Source: Paraspadella gotoi
Lineage: Eukaryota; Animalia; Chaetognatha
NCBI GenBank assembly: GCA_051294375.1
Contig: CM119263.1
Span: forward strand, 15,478,532 to 15,542,531
DNA length: 64,000 nt
Reading direction: 5' to 3'
Shown here: one piece after another, positions 1-12,972 of the stretch
How positions within the stretch are numbered: the first letter of the stretch is position 1
Layout of the letters: each line of letters starts with the position of its first letter
Position numbers and translations under genes: made by a program
Notes under the pieces: model-generated
Databases searched by the model: none
What the model was told of the DNA's origin: nothing
Seen by the model: the letters and a program-made list of their open reading frames with translations, nothing else

Positions 1-66
1 TGTAGATATCTTTTATAACATTTATATGAAATATATGATTAAAAATTATATTTTGGTGACTCGGTC

Positions 67-941
67 ATGAAGATCGGACAAAGTCGTCGTAAAAATGCGG
101 TCGAAATTGAGCTGAATACCAAGTTGGACGACGATGACAGGCCAATGCCAATAGTATTCTAATACTTCTACATCCATTTAGAAAATGACTAGGTTAAAGA
201 TGCTGATAACAACTACGAAAAACACGATTTAAACATCGTACGAGAATTCGCTTCCATGGTTATCAGGATTATGATGTTGTGTGAAACCGATTTAAGTTTC
301 CCACAAACTTACCCCTAAGTTTATAGCTTGATCTCAAGTTTTTTAAGAATAAAACAGTTTGTTTGAAATAGACTATTTAGTGAAAACATTTCGTAAGACG
401 ACGAAGACGTTATTACCCACAACAACAACTATAAGTGAGACGACGAAGACCACCATAAAATCGACCATTGCGACCCGCGCCGCTTATCGAGTTGACGAGA
501 AGACGACAACGAAGACGATGACAAAGACGATGACGACGACAACGACGACGACGAGTAAGAAGTTATGTTCTCGCGACTCGCGAATTAATCATCTCTGCTG
601 ACGTTTTATGGAAGAATGAAGACGCTATCAAAAAACGGGTCGCGGAGAAGACGACGGGAAGTCGCGCTTTTAACGGCGCCTCAGTCGGCGTCTCGCGGCG
701 CCGTTCGGTGTCACGCGGCGCTACACGACCTCTCGCGGCGCCAACCGGAGCTTCGCGGGGTTCGGTGATGGAACGACGCATTGTAAATGAGGAAATGGAC
801 ACTTTTTTAAACCAAGTTATTTTCCCCACCTTTTTCTTGTTCCTTGTTCTAATTCTCACTTTTGTTTCGTTTGAGGTTAAAAAACGTAAAATAAATTTAT
901 TATGGTTAACTATATTACCACCGTTGATGACCGGATATTAA
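67..941 (+). CDS. Possible multi-exon gene with a Thr-rich (mucin-like) segment and a hydrophobic C-terminus
   Basis: Protein-like open segments after AG acceptors (193: VKDADNNYEKHDLNIVREFASMVIR; 372-553 Thr-rich ending at gtaaga; 534-941 open and ending in a TM-like stretch). I could not make the splice phases fully consistent. Confidence 0.25.
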
Positions 942-1639
942 TTTTACAGGAACTTTAATCAGGAGCGATAGGAAAAAAACTTGATTAAACTAGTAATTCT
1001 TGAACTGTATATTATTTTACTAACATTTATTAGTTAGTTATTAGTTAGTTTTTTTCTATCACCCAAGATTGAAGTCCCAGTATCTGTACGTAAAATTTAA
1101 AATCCATTTTAGTCTTTTTGTTTTGTGACTTATTTAAATATCGATCTTTTGCCATTTCTTTTCCTGCCCATTGCCCGGTCCTCGGTTCATTTCCCGTCGT
1201 TCTCTACCTCTTTTCCGTTCCGCCTAATCCAGGCTGCCTGCCAGGCCTGCCTGCCTGCCTGCCTGTCTGCCTGCCTGGTCTGGACTCGCGCCCAATTTTC
1301 GGGTCGACCCCAACCCAGACCTCTTCGCGTCACTTAGAGGGAAAACCCTTCCCAGACCGGAGATTATGATCGCTGGCTTTTGCTCAATGAACCAAATTCT
1401 TTGCCAATTGCGTCAAGAAACAGAAAGAAATAAAGAAAAGAGGAGAGAGAGAAAAAAGTCCCTGTTTTTCTCGTTTTAACTTCCCACGAATAAATTACGC
1501 CGTATTGAGGTATATATAATTATTTGTGATAAAAGGATAAAGGCAAATACCGAGAAATTTTTTTTTCCCTTGGCCAAAAGCTGAAACCTGGTTCCACAGC
1601 AGAAAAAAAATAGGAGGGGGAACAACGAGAGAAAAAATC

Positions 1640-1732
<93 letters not shown>

Positions 1733-2504
1733 GCAGCGATTGTGTCCTCTTCAATTCCCCAGCCACAACAAGGAAAACATAAAGCGCATGGAACCAACAA
1801 AAACCGACGGCGTCGGCTTCGGGGTGGATGGGCGATAACAATGGAAATCCGACCGAGGGGGCGTTGCCTCTGCAAACTGGGTGGGCGTGGCAGTCGAGTG
1901 GCGCAAGAGATAGAGAGAGAAGGAGTGGGTGGACGGCGGAGGACTAACGTCTTGGAGAAATCCCCGACGAAGAAAGATCCAGGGAAGGAAGGGACTTTCT
2001 TACCTAAATAGCGAAGGATATATCATATTATATGGGGATGGAGATCGGGGAAAGGTGTACAAGGGATGCAGGATAAATCGACGGATCGATAGGGAAGGAG
2101 GCGGAAGAGAAAAATCTCCTTCGCTTCAGATCGAATTCGATTCGCGAAGGCGGAAACGAAAAGATTGGCTGAGGCGATGAGAGTGAAACCTGTGGGGGAG
2201 AGGATCTGTGGTTCTTGTGGTTCTTGTGGATCGAAAGATCCGCGTTGTGGCGAAAAAAGGTGATATGTGTGGATGCAAAAAGTGTTTGAAATCTTCGGAG
2301 TCATGCGAGTTTTGTTTAGTCTGGCTTTCCCTACGATTCTCTATTTTCTCTGCGATGGAAGAAAAAAAACTCACGTGCGCTGGTTTGTTTCTCTCCTTGT
2401 CACAAATTGTAAACCCTCGGGTGAAACAGGAGGTGAGCGCGGAGAGGAACGGGAGAAAAAAGATATAATTTAGAAGAGAGAGAGAGAGAAAGAGAGAGAG
2501 AGAG

Positions 2505-2581
<77 letters not shown>

Positions 2582-4169
2582 ATAAAGAGAGAGAGAGAGA
2601 GAGATTGGAACAAGTACCGGCTGTTTCGAACAGTTCGTGAAAATTGGAGCGCCGCTCCTCGGCCGAAGACGTCAGAGGGGGATGATGGCGAGGGGTAAGA
2701 AACCTTGGGAAAAAGATTCTTCGCGTGCTGATTGGGTGAAAGGGTTTGTTTCAGAAAGCAAGGAGAGAAGGTGAGTCAAATAAGTATTCGGTCTCGGGGA
2801 AAATAGGAAGGTAGGAATCCGGAGAATGGTTTTCAAAATAAGGAAATTTGGTAGTTGAGAGGAAGGGGAGGGATAATAAGGGTCCCGAGGTCAGCGAGTT
2901 GTTTTGTGGTCGGGAAACGAAGGCAGGGCAACGAGGTAAAGACTCAGAGAGACTCGGCCGGTCGTTAGGGTATTTTGAGGAGATGGAGGAAAAGCATGAA
3001 GAGGAGGAGGAAGAGGATAAGGAGAAAAATAGAAGGCGGTGATTGGCTGAGAAGAAAATATACTTGAGATGAAATGAAATAGTTAATAGGATTTATTCAC
3101 TTATTGTTTAAAAAAACTGAATGTGTTAATGATTACAAAAAAACCTACATTAACACCCAACGTTCAACACCCATTTTAATTTTTTTAATGAATCCTAACC
3201 CTCGGTATTTATAAATACTCTAAATCACCTTCATTAAGTTGTGGTCAAGAAGAGATAAAAATTTCCGAAATAAAAAAAACGATGAGAAAACTTACTGCCT
3301 TCGAGGTTAACAAATAGACGGACGAATGGATTGCGTAAGGATCAAATGTTGTTTAAAGAGAAGGAAAGGGGCACTTCAGGGTTGGAGACCGCGCGGGGTT
3401 AAATCGAGTCGAGCGTATAAAAAAAAAAACCAAAAAAAAAAAAAAAAAAAAAAAAACTTTCTTTCTTCAAAAGAAAAAAAAAAAAGGCTGAAAAAAAAAT
3501 GGAAGCAGAAAATCCTCCGGCAACAATTTATGGGCAACAAAACTTCCGGCGGGCGGAAGCAAAAGAGGAGAAGGGAGAAGAAAATCCCGCACCTTTTGTG
3601 CTCCCCTCGGCCTTTTGCTTCGACGGACCTCGAGCTGTTCAAAGACCGCGCCACTTGCCTTTGTGCCACGCCATTGTGGCGTGGAAAGACTGCGTGGTGA
3701 GCGTGGTTCGCCGCACGCAATGGATTTCACGTTGCCAAGAATGCATAGATGGACATTGGACAATGGTCATAGCGAAAAAAAAAGAGAAAAAGCTTGCGAT
3801 ACCCAGAAATGAAATACATGGCATGATCTTGACCGTTGGACTCTACCGTTGGTATGCAGTATGTACAGTATGATTGCATTTCTTTCCACCCAATATTTCT
3901 GGAATGACTTCAAAACAGAAATTATTTTTTTCGAGAGCGTTACAGTTTTTCTCATAAATTTTATATTTTTCTTTCATTTTGTATATTTAACGCGGAAAAG
4001 GACTTACTCAAAAAAAGTTGTCGTTCTGAAAGATGGGCGCGAGAGAATTCTCATGAACTCACCCTCCCTCACCTTTCTTTACGCCCAAAACATTGATGGA
4101 TGCGTCGAAAGCTTAACCTTCGACGAGGTCGAGCGACGGCTGCCGACTCAGACCGACTTCGACCGACAG

Positions 4170-4236
4170 GCCGACACGCCGACACGCCGACACGCCGACA
4201 CGCCGACACGCCGACACGCTGACACGCCGACACGCC
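4170..4236. repeat. 8-bp tandem repeat (GCCGACAC)n
   Basis: Read directly, ~8 copies. Confidence 0.9.
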
Positions 4237-4627
4237 CTCGCTAAAACGTTACACCACAGAGGCCATGGCTACGTCTGCGATTGGACAGCATACCGACGAC
4301 CCCACGTGACATTGATACCGTTCCGGGTTCGCGAAAGAGAAGTCACCGGTTTTTTCCGCTTGTCAGAATTTCCACGTAGAAGATTGAAATGATGCTGAAT
4401 GGTATCTATAGTATCTATACGATGTGCATGAAAATAAACTTATATTAATAAACATTAAACAAGTTTGAGTTGTAACGAGCGATTAAATACGAGAAACGGA
4501 CCTGACTTATTTCGTACAAGTGGAATACGATTATAATTATATGCAGAAAATTGTTGTGTAAATTTTAAGTAAATTTTAACTTTTAAATTAGGCGAAAAAC
4601 AGTTTTGGTTTGACAACGATTTTTTTG

Positions 4628-4719
4628 ACATAATTAGCCAGATATGTTTCGGCTCATTCAGTTAGAGCCTTCATCACTGCTTTAACTGAATGAGCCGAAA
4701 CATGTCTGGCTAATTATGT
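4628..4719. repeat. Near-perfect 41-bp inverted repeat with a 10-nt loop
   Basis: Arms 4628-4668 and 4679-4719. An outer inverted repeat is also present (TTAGGCGAAAAACAGTTTT ~4588 / AAAACTGTTTTTCTCCTAA ~4738). Confidence 0.9.
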
Positions 4720-5280
4720 AAAACTGTTTTTCTCCTAATACTTCAAAAACAACGAAAAAGTTTATGCTTGAATTGTTTCATATTAACTTTTGATAATACA
4801 ACCTCGAATAATAAAATTTGGGAGTAGGTGTTAAAGAAGAAATAAGGGCGCTTAGCGAGCTGTACGAGTCGTAAATTCTCTCGAATTAAAATTGCACCAA
4901 ATGTCAGCCATTCAAGAAAATTAAAGGCCCGGGCTATCGCTGAGGACGACGACGACGACGACGACGAGCATGACAACGACGAAGATGGCGACGACGACGA
5001 CGACGACGAAAAGGTCAACTTTATCATTTTCTTTGCCATGGATTTGCTTTATGCATGAGGGATGAAAGAGTTTGTCTCTGGGCGGAAGCCGAGGCAAAAG
5101 CGGTAAAAGGGGAGAGTGAGATAGTGAGAGAGGGATGGAGAGAGGGAGAGAAAGAGAGAGAGAGATTTTGGCATTCTCCATGCCTCACTCCGTATTTACA
5201 ACGATTTATAAATTTCGTTCTCTGCCGAGAGAAAAAGAAGAAAATGAATTATTCTCGATTCCCATTCTAAAGAAACAATT

Positions 5281-5337
<57 letters not shown>

Positions 5338-5550
5338 TCTTCTCTCTCTCCTCTCTCTCTCCTTTCTGTGTCTGCCTATCTCTGGCACTCGCTTTTTTTT
5401 CAGTGTAAATACCCAGTTTTGTAGTTAAATATACTTTAAATCGATTTGTTAGAGAAAATAAAGATAGCAATAATGTCAAATAAAGAAAAACCTGCAATTT
5501 TGTTTGGATTCTCCGAGAAACGTTACCCTCCTTTCTCTCTTCTCTCTCTC

Positions 5551-5603
<53 letters not shown>

Positions 5604-6467
5604 TCTTCTTCTCTCTCTCTCTCTCTCTCTCTTTTTTGAAAAGTTAAAATCCATCGCTCGCTAAGACGCTGGAAAAATAAAGAGAATAAAAAAGGAATAA
5701 AAAATGGAAAAGAAAAATGAATGAAGGGAAAGACCCTCCTATAGATTAGGAGGGAAAGGGTCCCTCAAATCCTTCCAAGAATAAAATGTTGGCGGAGGGA
5801 AAATACCCAGATGGCGAAGGCTGTTCCCCGGTGGTTGTCGTCATGTTCGTTGTTGTTGTTGTAGCAGTCTTCGTTTCCGGTCCAGGAGATCGAAATGTGG
5901 GCGTGGCTCGAGTCCGCAATAAACGTTCCTTCTTTCGTTTCTCTCTGGTTTCCCAAGATTTACATCGTTACGTCCATCTGACATGAATTCATCTGTGCAT
6001 CTGCAAGAGCTTGACTCGGTTATTCCGTCAGTGAGGCTGTTTACAAGCTTTTTTTTAATCGGCGGGTTTAGATAAAGAAAAAAAAATATTTTGTTACTCA
6101 TGTGTTTTACATTTTCAGTGCCCAAAATTGTTTTGCTTTACATTCAAAAAAATGTTAAAGTCAAAAAGTTTTTGCTATAAATGACTAGAAAAAAAAAATC
6201 GACTTCCAGTTTTCACCTGACGTCTCTCCCCGTTTTTCTCTATTTCCGGAATGATAAGGAAAAACTTAAAAGGAAATTATTTCTGTGGAAAAGAAGTAGA
6301 GAAAGAAAATAAAGGAAAAAGGAAAAGTGAATAAAAGACTGGAGTAAATAAAGGGAAAAAAAAGGGGAAAAAAAAGGGAAACTGACGAGGGAGGAATTGA
6401 AAGAGCCAGGGAGGAAAAGACGGACAAAAAGGGAGGAAAAAGAAAAACGACGGGACAGACAGAGCGG

Positions 6468-6498
<31 letters not shown>

Positions 6499-9400
6499 CA
6501 GAAAAACCTCGCGGAGGTTAAATCAAGGAAAATAGAAAAAAGAGATTAACGTCGCCGCGAGAAGAGAAAAACTCTTTTCTTTTTCTTTCCTCCTTTTTTT
6601 TTTTAATATCCTTTCGACCATTCTTCTTTCTGTCTGTCCTTTTTTTCTTCATTTTCTATATATTTCTTTCTTTCTTTATACACATACTTGTCTTGGTATT
6701 TTTTCGCTTTCCTTTTTTCCTTTTCTTTTAATTTTAGTATATCTCTTAATTACCTGCCTCCTTATTTAAATTTGCAGATTTTTAAAAATCATCGAAATTC
6801 CTTGACGTAAAACAATTTTGTCACCCAAAAAGTAGGAAGACGCAAAGACGAAGTATCCGCGTGGCTAAGCGGTCAATATTTTCCGTGAATACGCCGGACG
6901 AAGGCTTGACCCAAAACGCGTCCAGTGGTTCTCGCGTAAAAACACACGAGCTTCGCCTCTGCAGACTCTAGCGTCAGCGAGCTGACTGCGCATGCGCGGA
7001 TTTTGGAAGTTAAAAAAAAAACTCGGTTATAAAAAAATGCCATTTTTTCCGACCCTCTCGAATATGATACAATTTATTTTCCGCTCGGTGTAGCGTCTAA
7101 AGAAATTTGAAATTTAATTTTGCCCCTTTTTTTTTAAGTCGAGGAAATCCGGTTACTTTCAAAAAAAAAGTTAATTTGATCGGTTATATGTCGTTTTTGA
7201 TTTTTTAGGTGTTTCATTCTTGGATTGGCAAGTAATTGTGATTTACTAACTTTAACTAATTGTAACAGCAACATGTAGCCACTGTAGCTTCTAGTCAAGC
7301 TCCCCGGAATTTTTTCTACTCACTTTTATTTTTTTCCCCAAGCTCTACCCCTAAACGCTTTTTAGTTTTTACTCTTTTTTTTTTCAAATTCCTCCGGGAA
7401 AAAGTCTCTTCGTTAAATAAAGAGCCGCGAGACCAAAGTGAATTTTAAAGTTGAAAAAAAAGGACAGTTTATGAAATATTCTGTTTCAACAAACACACTT
7501 TCTATTGAAAACAAATTTAGCATTATTAGCATTAATAAATACATACTAGAATATAGAAATATTTTATTAAACAAGCGAATATTAAAACATAATTTTCGAT
7601 ACCTATCAGATTTATCAGCAATAATTTTATTTCGTAGACCAACTATTGGTGAACCTTTTGTTTTTGGACTTGACTTTTGAGCATAGCTTCTGACCAAAGG
7701 AGACGTCTCTGTCGTCTTATGACGTCGTTCAAAAATTTATTTAGTCTAAAGTCTCCTGACTAACAAACCAACTCCCCTTTAACCAAAACAACCATCAGTC
7801 TGTAACAAACTATTGCCCGCCCAAGCAGCTTGCGATCTCCACTTTATATCCAACGAAGGCGTAAAGTTTTCAATTCGTTTTCAGTCTCGCGAACCCTTCC
7901 CTTTGGCCTTCTCTCATTAAAGCATTGTTTGTTTATATAAATTATTTTCACTCCCCTTTTTTTTCAAAGTCTTTTGTTCTTATTTTTTATATTCAAATTC
8001 TCCCGCGCCCGGATCTTTTGTTTACCTCTCTGGAGCAGGTGACTAGCAGCGACGCGGCGGAAAGAAAGAAAATGAAAAAGTGTTGAATCGGGGCGAAGCC
8101 GAGAAGGCGCCACGAGGGGCAACGTCGACGGGGGGCGTGGGGCGGGGAGACGAGGTGAGGCTGAGCGGGCCGCGGCATTTTCCGAAGGGAGTAAGGGGAG
8201 GGAGGATGAGGCGGATGTTCTATCAGAGTTCGTTGACTGGTGAGGGGTTTTTTTTCTTCAGGACGCAGTAAACGGGGATTAGAGAGAGAGAGAGCGATGG
8301 GAGGAGGTGAGAGGAGAGATGACGAAGACGAGGAATGACGAGAGTGAAAGAGAAGAAAAGGGATGAGGAGAAAGTTAAGATAAAGTCGGGGAGGAGGGAG
8401 GAGAAAAAGAAAGAATAGGGAAGAGAGAGGAGATGATGGACAAATAGGGGAAATAGAGGAATAAGGAATATCGAAAATAATGGAAAATGACTTAAAACGA
8501 CTTAATAAAGGATCGGAGAGAGTGGATGAAGGGGATTTTCGTCGAATTTTATTTCACATAAGCGATTATCGGAGAGACATTAGATGAACACGTCGATAGG
8601 GATAGAAAAATATAAAGGTCGAGGGAGTAGGATAGAGAGCGATCGATTCCGTACATTCGTGTCAGGACTAAAGAGTGACAGGTGGAAAGAGATTAGCTTC
8701 CTTTTAGTCCGCGTCAAATGATTGCGACAGTCGAAGCGAAAAAAAAAGTAAATTAAAAAGAAAAAAGCCGAGAAAATCAAGACTTTTTTCCCCTCGTTTT
8801 TATTTTTTCCCCTTTTTTTTTGTTTTCGCGTAGGTTGTATTCCTTAATTCGCCGCCTTCGGAAAGTTTAATCTCCTTTTTCCCGCGTTTTATATTCCGTT
8901 TCTAATTTCGTTTAATTTCTTTTTATTTCTCGTTTTTTCGTCGTTGAATTAAGAAAACCCAACGAAACGTCAATCGTGACCTGTTGAAGTAAATAAAGCG
9001 GAGACGAATTATAATTTAAAAAGTTGAAAAGAAAATTGCAGCTTAGCCGAGTGGCGAGAGGGCGTATGGCAAAATAAACAAGGAAGTAAATTATGCGAAA
9101 AAGAGATCGGAGAAGCAATAAATGGGCTTTGAAAAAAATACTCTTTGCATTAATACAGGAAAATCGCATATAATAAGCGTCGTTATTAAATTTAAAAAAA
9201 ACAAAAAACGAGATCGTGAGATGATAAGAGCCTCTTTTTAATACAGTCTCATTTTCTAAAAAAGACCTTTAACCGAGTCTTTCGACGCTCGGAGGCCACA
9301 TCTTGAATTTGGCTTTTTTAATCTTCACGGAGGCGAATTTAGGCGCTAATCGAATCGAGGGGAAAAAGGAGATTAAGAGGAGACAAAAACGATGCATCTG

Positions 9401-10276
9401 GATGAGAAGAGGAAAGAGAAAAGAGAAGGTGAGAGATGAGAAAAGATGCGCGATGGAAATGCGCGAAGGGAAAAAGAGAAGAAGTTACGAGTTGAAGCAC
9501 TAAAAGAAAAGAGAGAAAAGATTAAAAAAGAAGAGCAGACAATAAAGGTAGAGGTAAAAATTACATCCACTGCTTCGAAATGAGGTGAATAAAAAATCAG
9601 AAGAAATGTTTTGTAGTAAAGCTTTCGAGATGTGTAATACCGAAGAAAAGTACAAAATGTATATAATTCACAGTTTCGCTTAATTTTCTGTCGTCGTCAT
9701 AGACGTCGTAGTTATCGTCGCCATTGTCGTTTCTTCATCGTCGTTTCTCCATCGTCTCTTGCGTAGTCGCAACGGTGGTCGCGTTATGCATTTGCAACGT
9801 TTATACAATCAACTATCGTCCTGGATTTTATTGTTGTCTCTCTAAGCTCGTCTGGGTTGCGCTCTGCTGACTGACGCGCAAGGCGTGGCCCAGCGGAGTG
9901 CGTTTTATCTGATCTTGTTAATTAGCATAAAAATAATTATTACTGTTATTATATCTTGTTTTAGCTTTGGTATTTTTTCATAATTTTTTTTTGTAAACAA
10001 AGACAATTAAATAATTAAAGTAGATATAAATAGAAAAAAAAATCTTTACTATTCGTTAGTTATGTTTTAAAATATCGAACACTGCGGCGCGGACCAAGTT
10101 GACAAATTTACGAGTTATGAAAGTCAATCTCGTCTGAGACGAAGATTAGAAATGGAACTGTGGAGCTGAGGATAAGGTGAGAAAAGGGTAAGGGTGAGGT
10201 GAAAGTGAGGACAAGCCGGAAATGGCGACGCAATCGATGTCGAATCTCAACAGCGGTGACAGGATCTGCGATTGGC

Positions 10277-10420
10277 GTGATTGGTCGAGCCAATACGACG
10301 GTGACGAATGTTAAGACGTTTGTGATTGGCCAAACCTAAGCGTCAGTGACAGAAGCATCGAGCATCGTGATAGGTCGAACTTAGGCGTCGGTGACAGAGG
10401 CTTCGACCATCGTGATTGGC
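10277..10420. repeat. 45-bp tandem repeat, 3+ copies, each starting with a reverse CCAAT (GTGATTGG; third copy GTGATAGG)
   Basis: Unit starts at 10277, 10322, 10367 and 10412; each full unit also has (C)GGTGAC/CAGTGAC. Confidence 0.75.
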
Positions 10421-12548
10421 GGTCAAGTCGATTCGGTGCCGGCCGTCATTTCGTCCTGACATCAAATGACGGGGCTTCCGGAATTAATCGGCGTGACCGA
10501 CTTATAAAAGCGGAAGGGGGAGGCGGGGGGGTTGCGGAGTCTGCAATGGATAGTTGACTTTGCTGGAGATTTGAGATCGTGGGGAAAAAGAGGGAAAGGT
10601 TAAATGTTGAAGAATCATATCTTTATCTTTATCTTTAGTATCTTATCTTTTTTTTTAATCAATGATGAATACAATGTAATATGTCGGAGTCATAAAGCTT
10701 TCCGTCCTTGTTCTTATGGGTGTTTATTGGCTGTGGATAGATGGCTATCAGAGATTTAGAGGTAGATCGCTCGCCGTCAGAGAGATTGTCTCTCGATCGA
10801 CGAGGGGCGTGCCGTGCGTGGTGATACAAGGGAGATGACGAGATGAGGAGAGTTAAGATGTATGGGAGCCTCTGAGCGCTATACTGAGGGTGGGCATTAC
10901 AAAGATTGGGGTTTGAAAGGTAAAGGGACAACTGAAGGAAGTTGCGCGTTACTAAGGACGTTACGGTGGGGTAGCGAATTTTAGAGAAATGGGTCGCCAA
11001 AGGGGAAGAGGGCTAAGAACAGGGATGGCGATTGGGCATCGAAGAGGAACGCAGCGTCTTACAGGAGCGGAGCAACTTGGGAGGTTTGAGGAGTCCTAGA
11101 GGAGTGAAGCGTTTTGGAGGGATGGGGCGTATAAAGCTCTAGTTTTTCGGGTCAAACGTCAAATCAACGAGAGACGAGGAATCGGATCTCGATTTAACGA
11201 CGACGAGGAAGAGGAGAAAGAGGAGGAAAAAAGAAAAAAAAAGGAAAATATTGGAAAAGGGACGCGGGGGATTTGAGAGGAAGAAGAAAATCAGGCGTAA
11301 AATGTATCCAGGAGAATAAGAATCGTTTGGTCGACCTTAGTAGGGAGAATCACCTCGTCGGATTGAATGGAGAACAGCGAGAATTTAAAAACAGATATTT
11401 GAGACGGTAATAAAGGTGATCGAGCCTTGAAGTATCCATTCAATTTGTGATTTACGTATTTATTAGTGATGGCTGTATAGTGTATAGCCTATGAACGTGG
11501 CTCATCATCGGTTCTAGTGGCCTCTGATAATAACTGACTGCTAACTGTTTGTTGCGAAGGATCGCTCGGATTTATCGCGGAACGCACGATTTGGACGAAT
11601 ACGCTTGCTGATGTTTTGTGTGTAGTACTATTGTCATTAATCTCCCCCTCTGGAAAAAAAAACCCTGTAAAAGATGTCGCCCTTTCCCTTTTTTGGTCAA
11701 TATTTTTTATATCATTTTACCCTTGATATTCGAGTGAATTTGAGTTAATTTCAGTCGTGCTTGTTATTAAGTGTTTTGCCCGGAGAAACCTCTTTTTTAC
11801 GTGTTTCCGACGGATCTATATAAAGATATAAAACGTTTCAACCTTTACTATACAACTTTTCCTTGGCGACTCACGTTGAGACAATTCGTTTCGGGCGAAA
11901 CATCAGACGCTAGCATGAGAATAAGCGACAATTCTCACAACCCCAAAGAATTTTAAATCGCCATCTTTCGACGCGAATCTCGTCGTCTCCAATGGCAACG
12001 ACATCGATATTCCGCGTCTCGGTCATAAATTTCGTCGCCATCGAAGATGCTCGATTGTCTGGCAATGGACTCGGTCGCCTTGCGCCCTCGTACGAATATA
12101 AAAAGAAAGAAAAAAAACAACTATTTTTTCCCCAAATATGTGATGAAAATCGTTTTGAGAGCGAGCCAAAGAAGAAAATCATTGCCAACGCTGTCCGATC
12201 TTCGTCGTCGTCTTCGTCGTAGTTTTCGTCGTTGGCATCATCGTCGTTGACAAAATCCGTGTTCGAGTTCCGCCCACGTCTCAATGGATCAAACTAGATA
12301 CGTATATATGCAACGCATCTTACTAATTATAAAGAGCGACATTAATCACAATGCCGTTATTCTTCGACTTCGTCTCTTTCAGTGGCGCAAAATCGCGGAG
12401 ATGTTGAATGTCATTTGGCGTCAACTCGATCGCAGTCGGCGACGCGACGCGAAAGGTCGCGCCACCGGCGAATCGTCGCCAGAGGAGAAAGAGGAAATGA
12501 AATTCTCGAGAAAAGGAGAAAGAGACTGACGGCGGTCGCCGCCGTTCG

Positions 12549-12561
12549 GTCGCCTAGCAAC
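12549..12561. promoter_or_regulatory. RFX X-box-like site GTCGCCTAGCAAC
   Basis: Fits GTNRCC-N(0-3)-RGYAAC; sits in a CpG-rich patch. Confidence 0.35.
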
Positions 12562-12750
12562 CGTGACGGATTTGCCTTCAATAATCCGCTTTAGTTGGAA
12601 TAAAACCACTCTGCGGTTGTTGTTGTTGTTGTAGTTGTTGTTTTAGTTGTTTCAGGAGCCGAGGTTTGACCTAATCAAAAAGATTCAAGATTTTATTTTT
12701 ATTTTTATTATTATTATTATTATTATTATTCTTATTATTATTATTATTAA

Positions 12751-12795
<45 letters not shown>

Positions 12796-12797
12796 TA

Positions 12798-12828
<31 letters not shown>

Positions 12829-12937
12829 ATTATATATTTATTATTAATTATTGGTTGTATAATGGAAGAGATTGGAATTATAATACTATTTGGTATTGCA
12901 CACACACACACAGAGAGAGAGAAGAGAGAGAGAGAGA

Positions 12938-12972
<35 letters not shown>

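Noticed and set aside
6853-6925. tRNA gene suggested by A box TGGCTAAGCGG
   Set aside because: No proper B box or cloverleaf.
10277-10420. CRISPR-like periodicity (also 29230-29406 and 4170-4236)
   Set aside because: Whole units are homologous with no unique spacers, there are no cas genes, and the context is eukaryotic.
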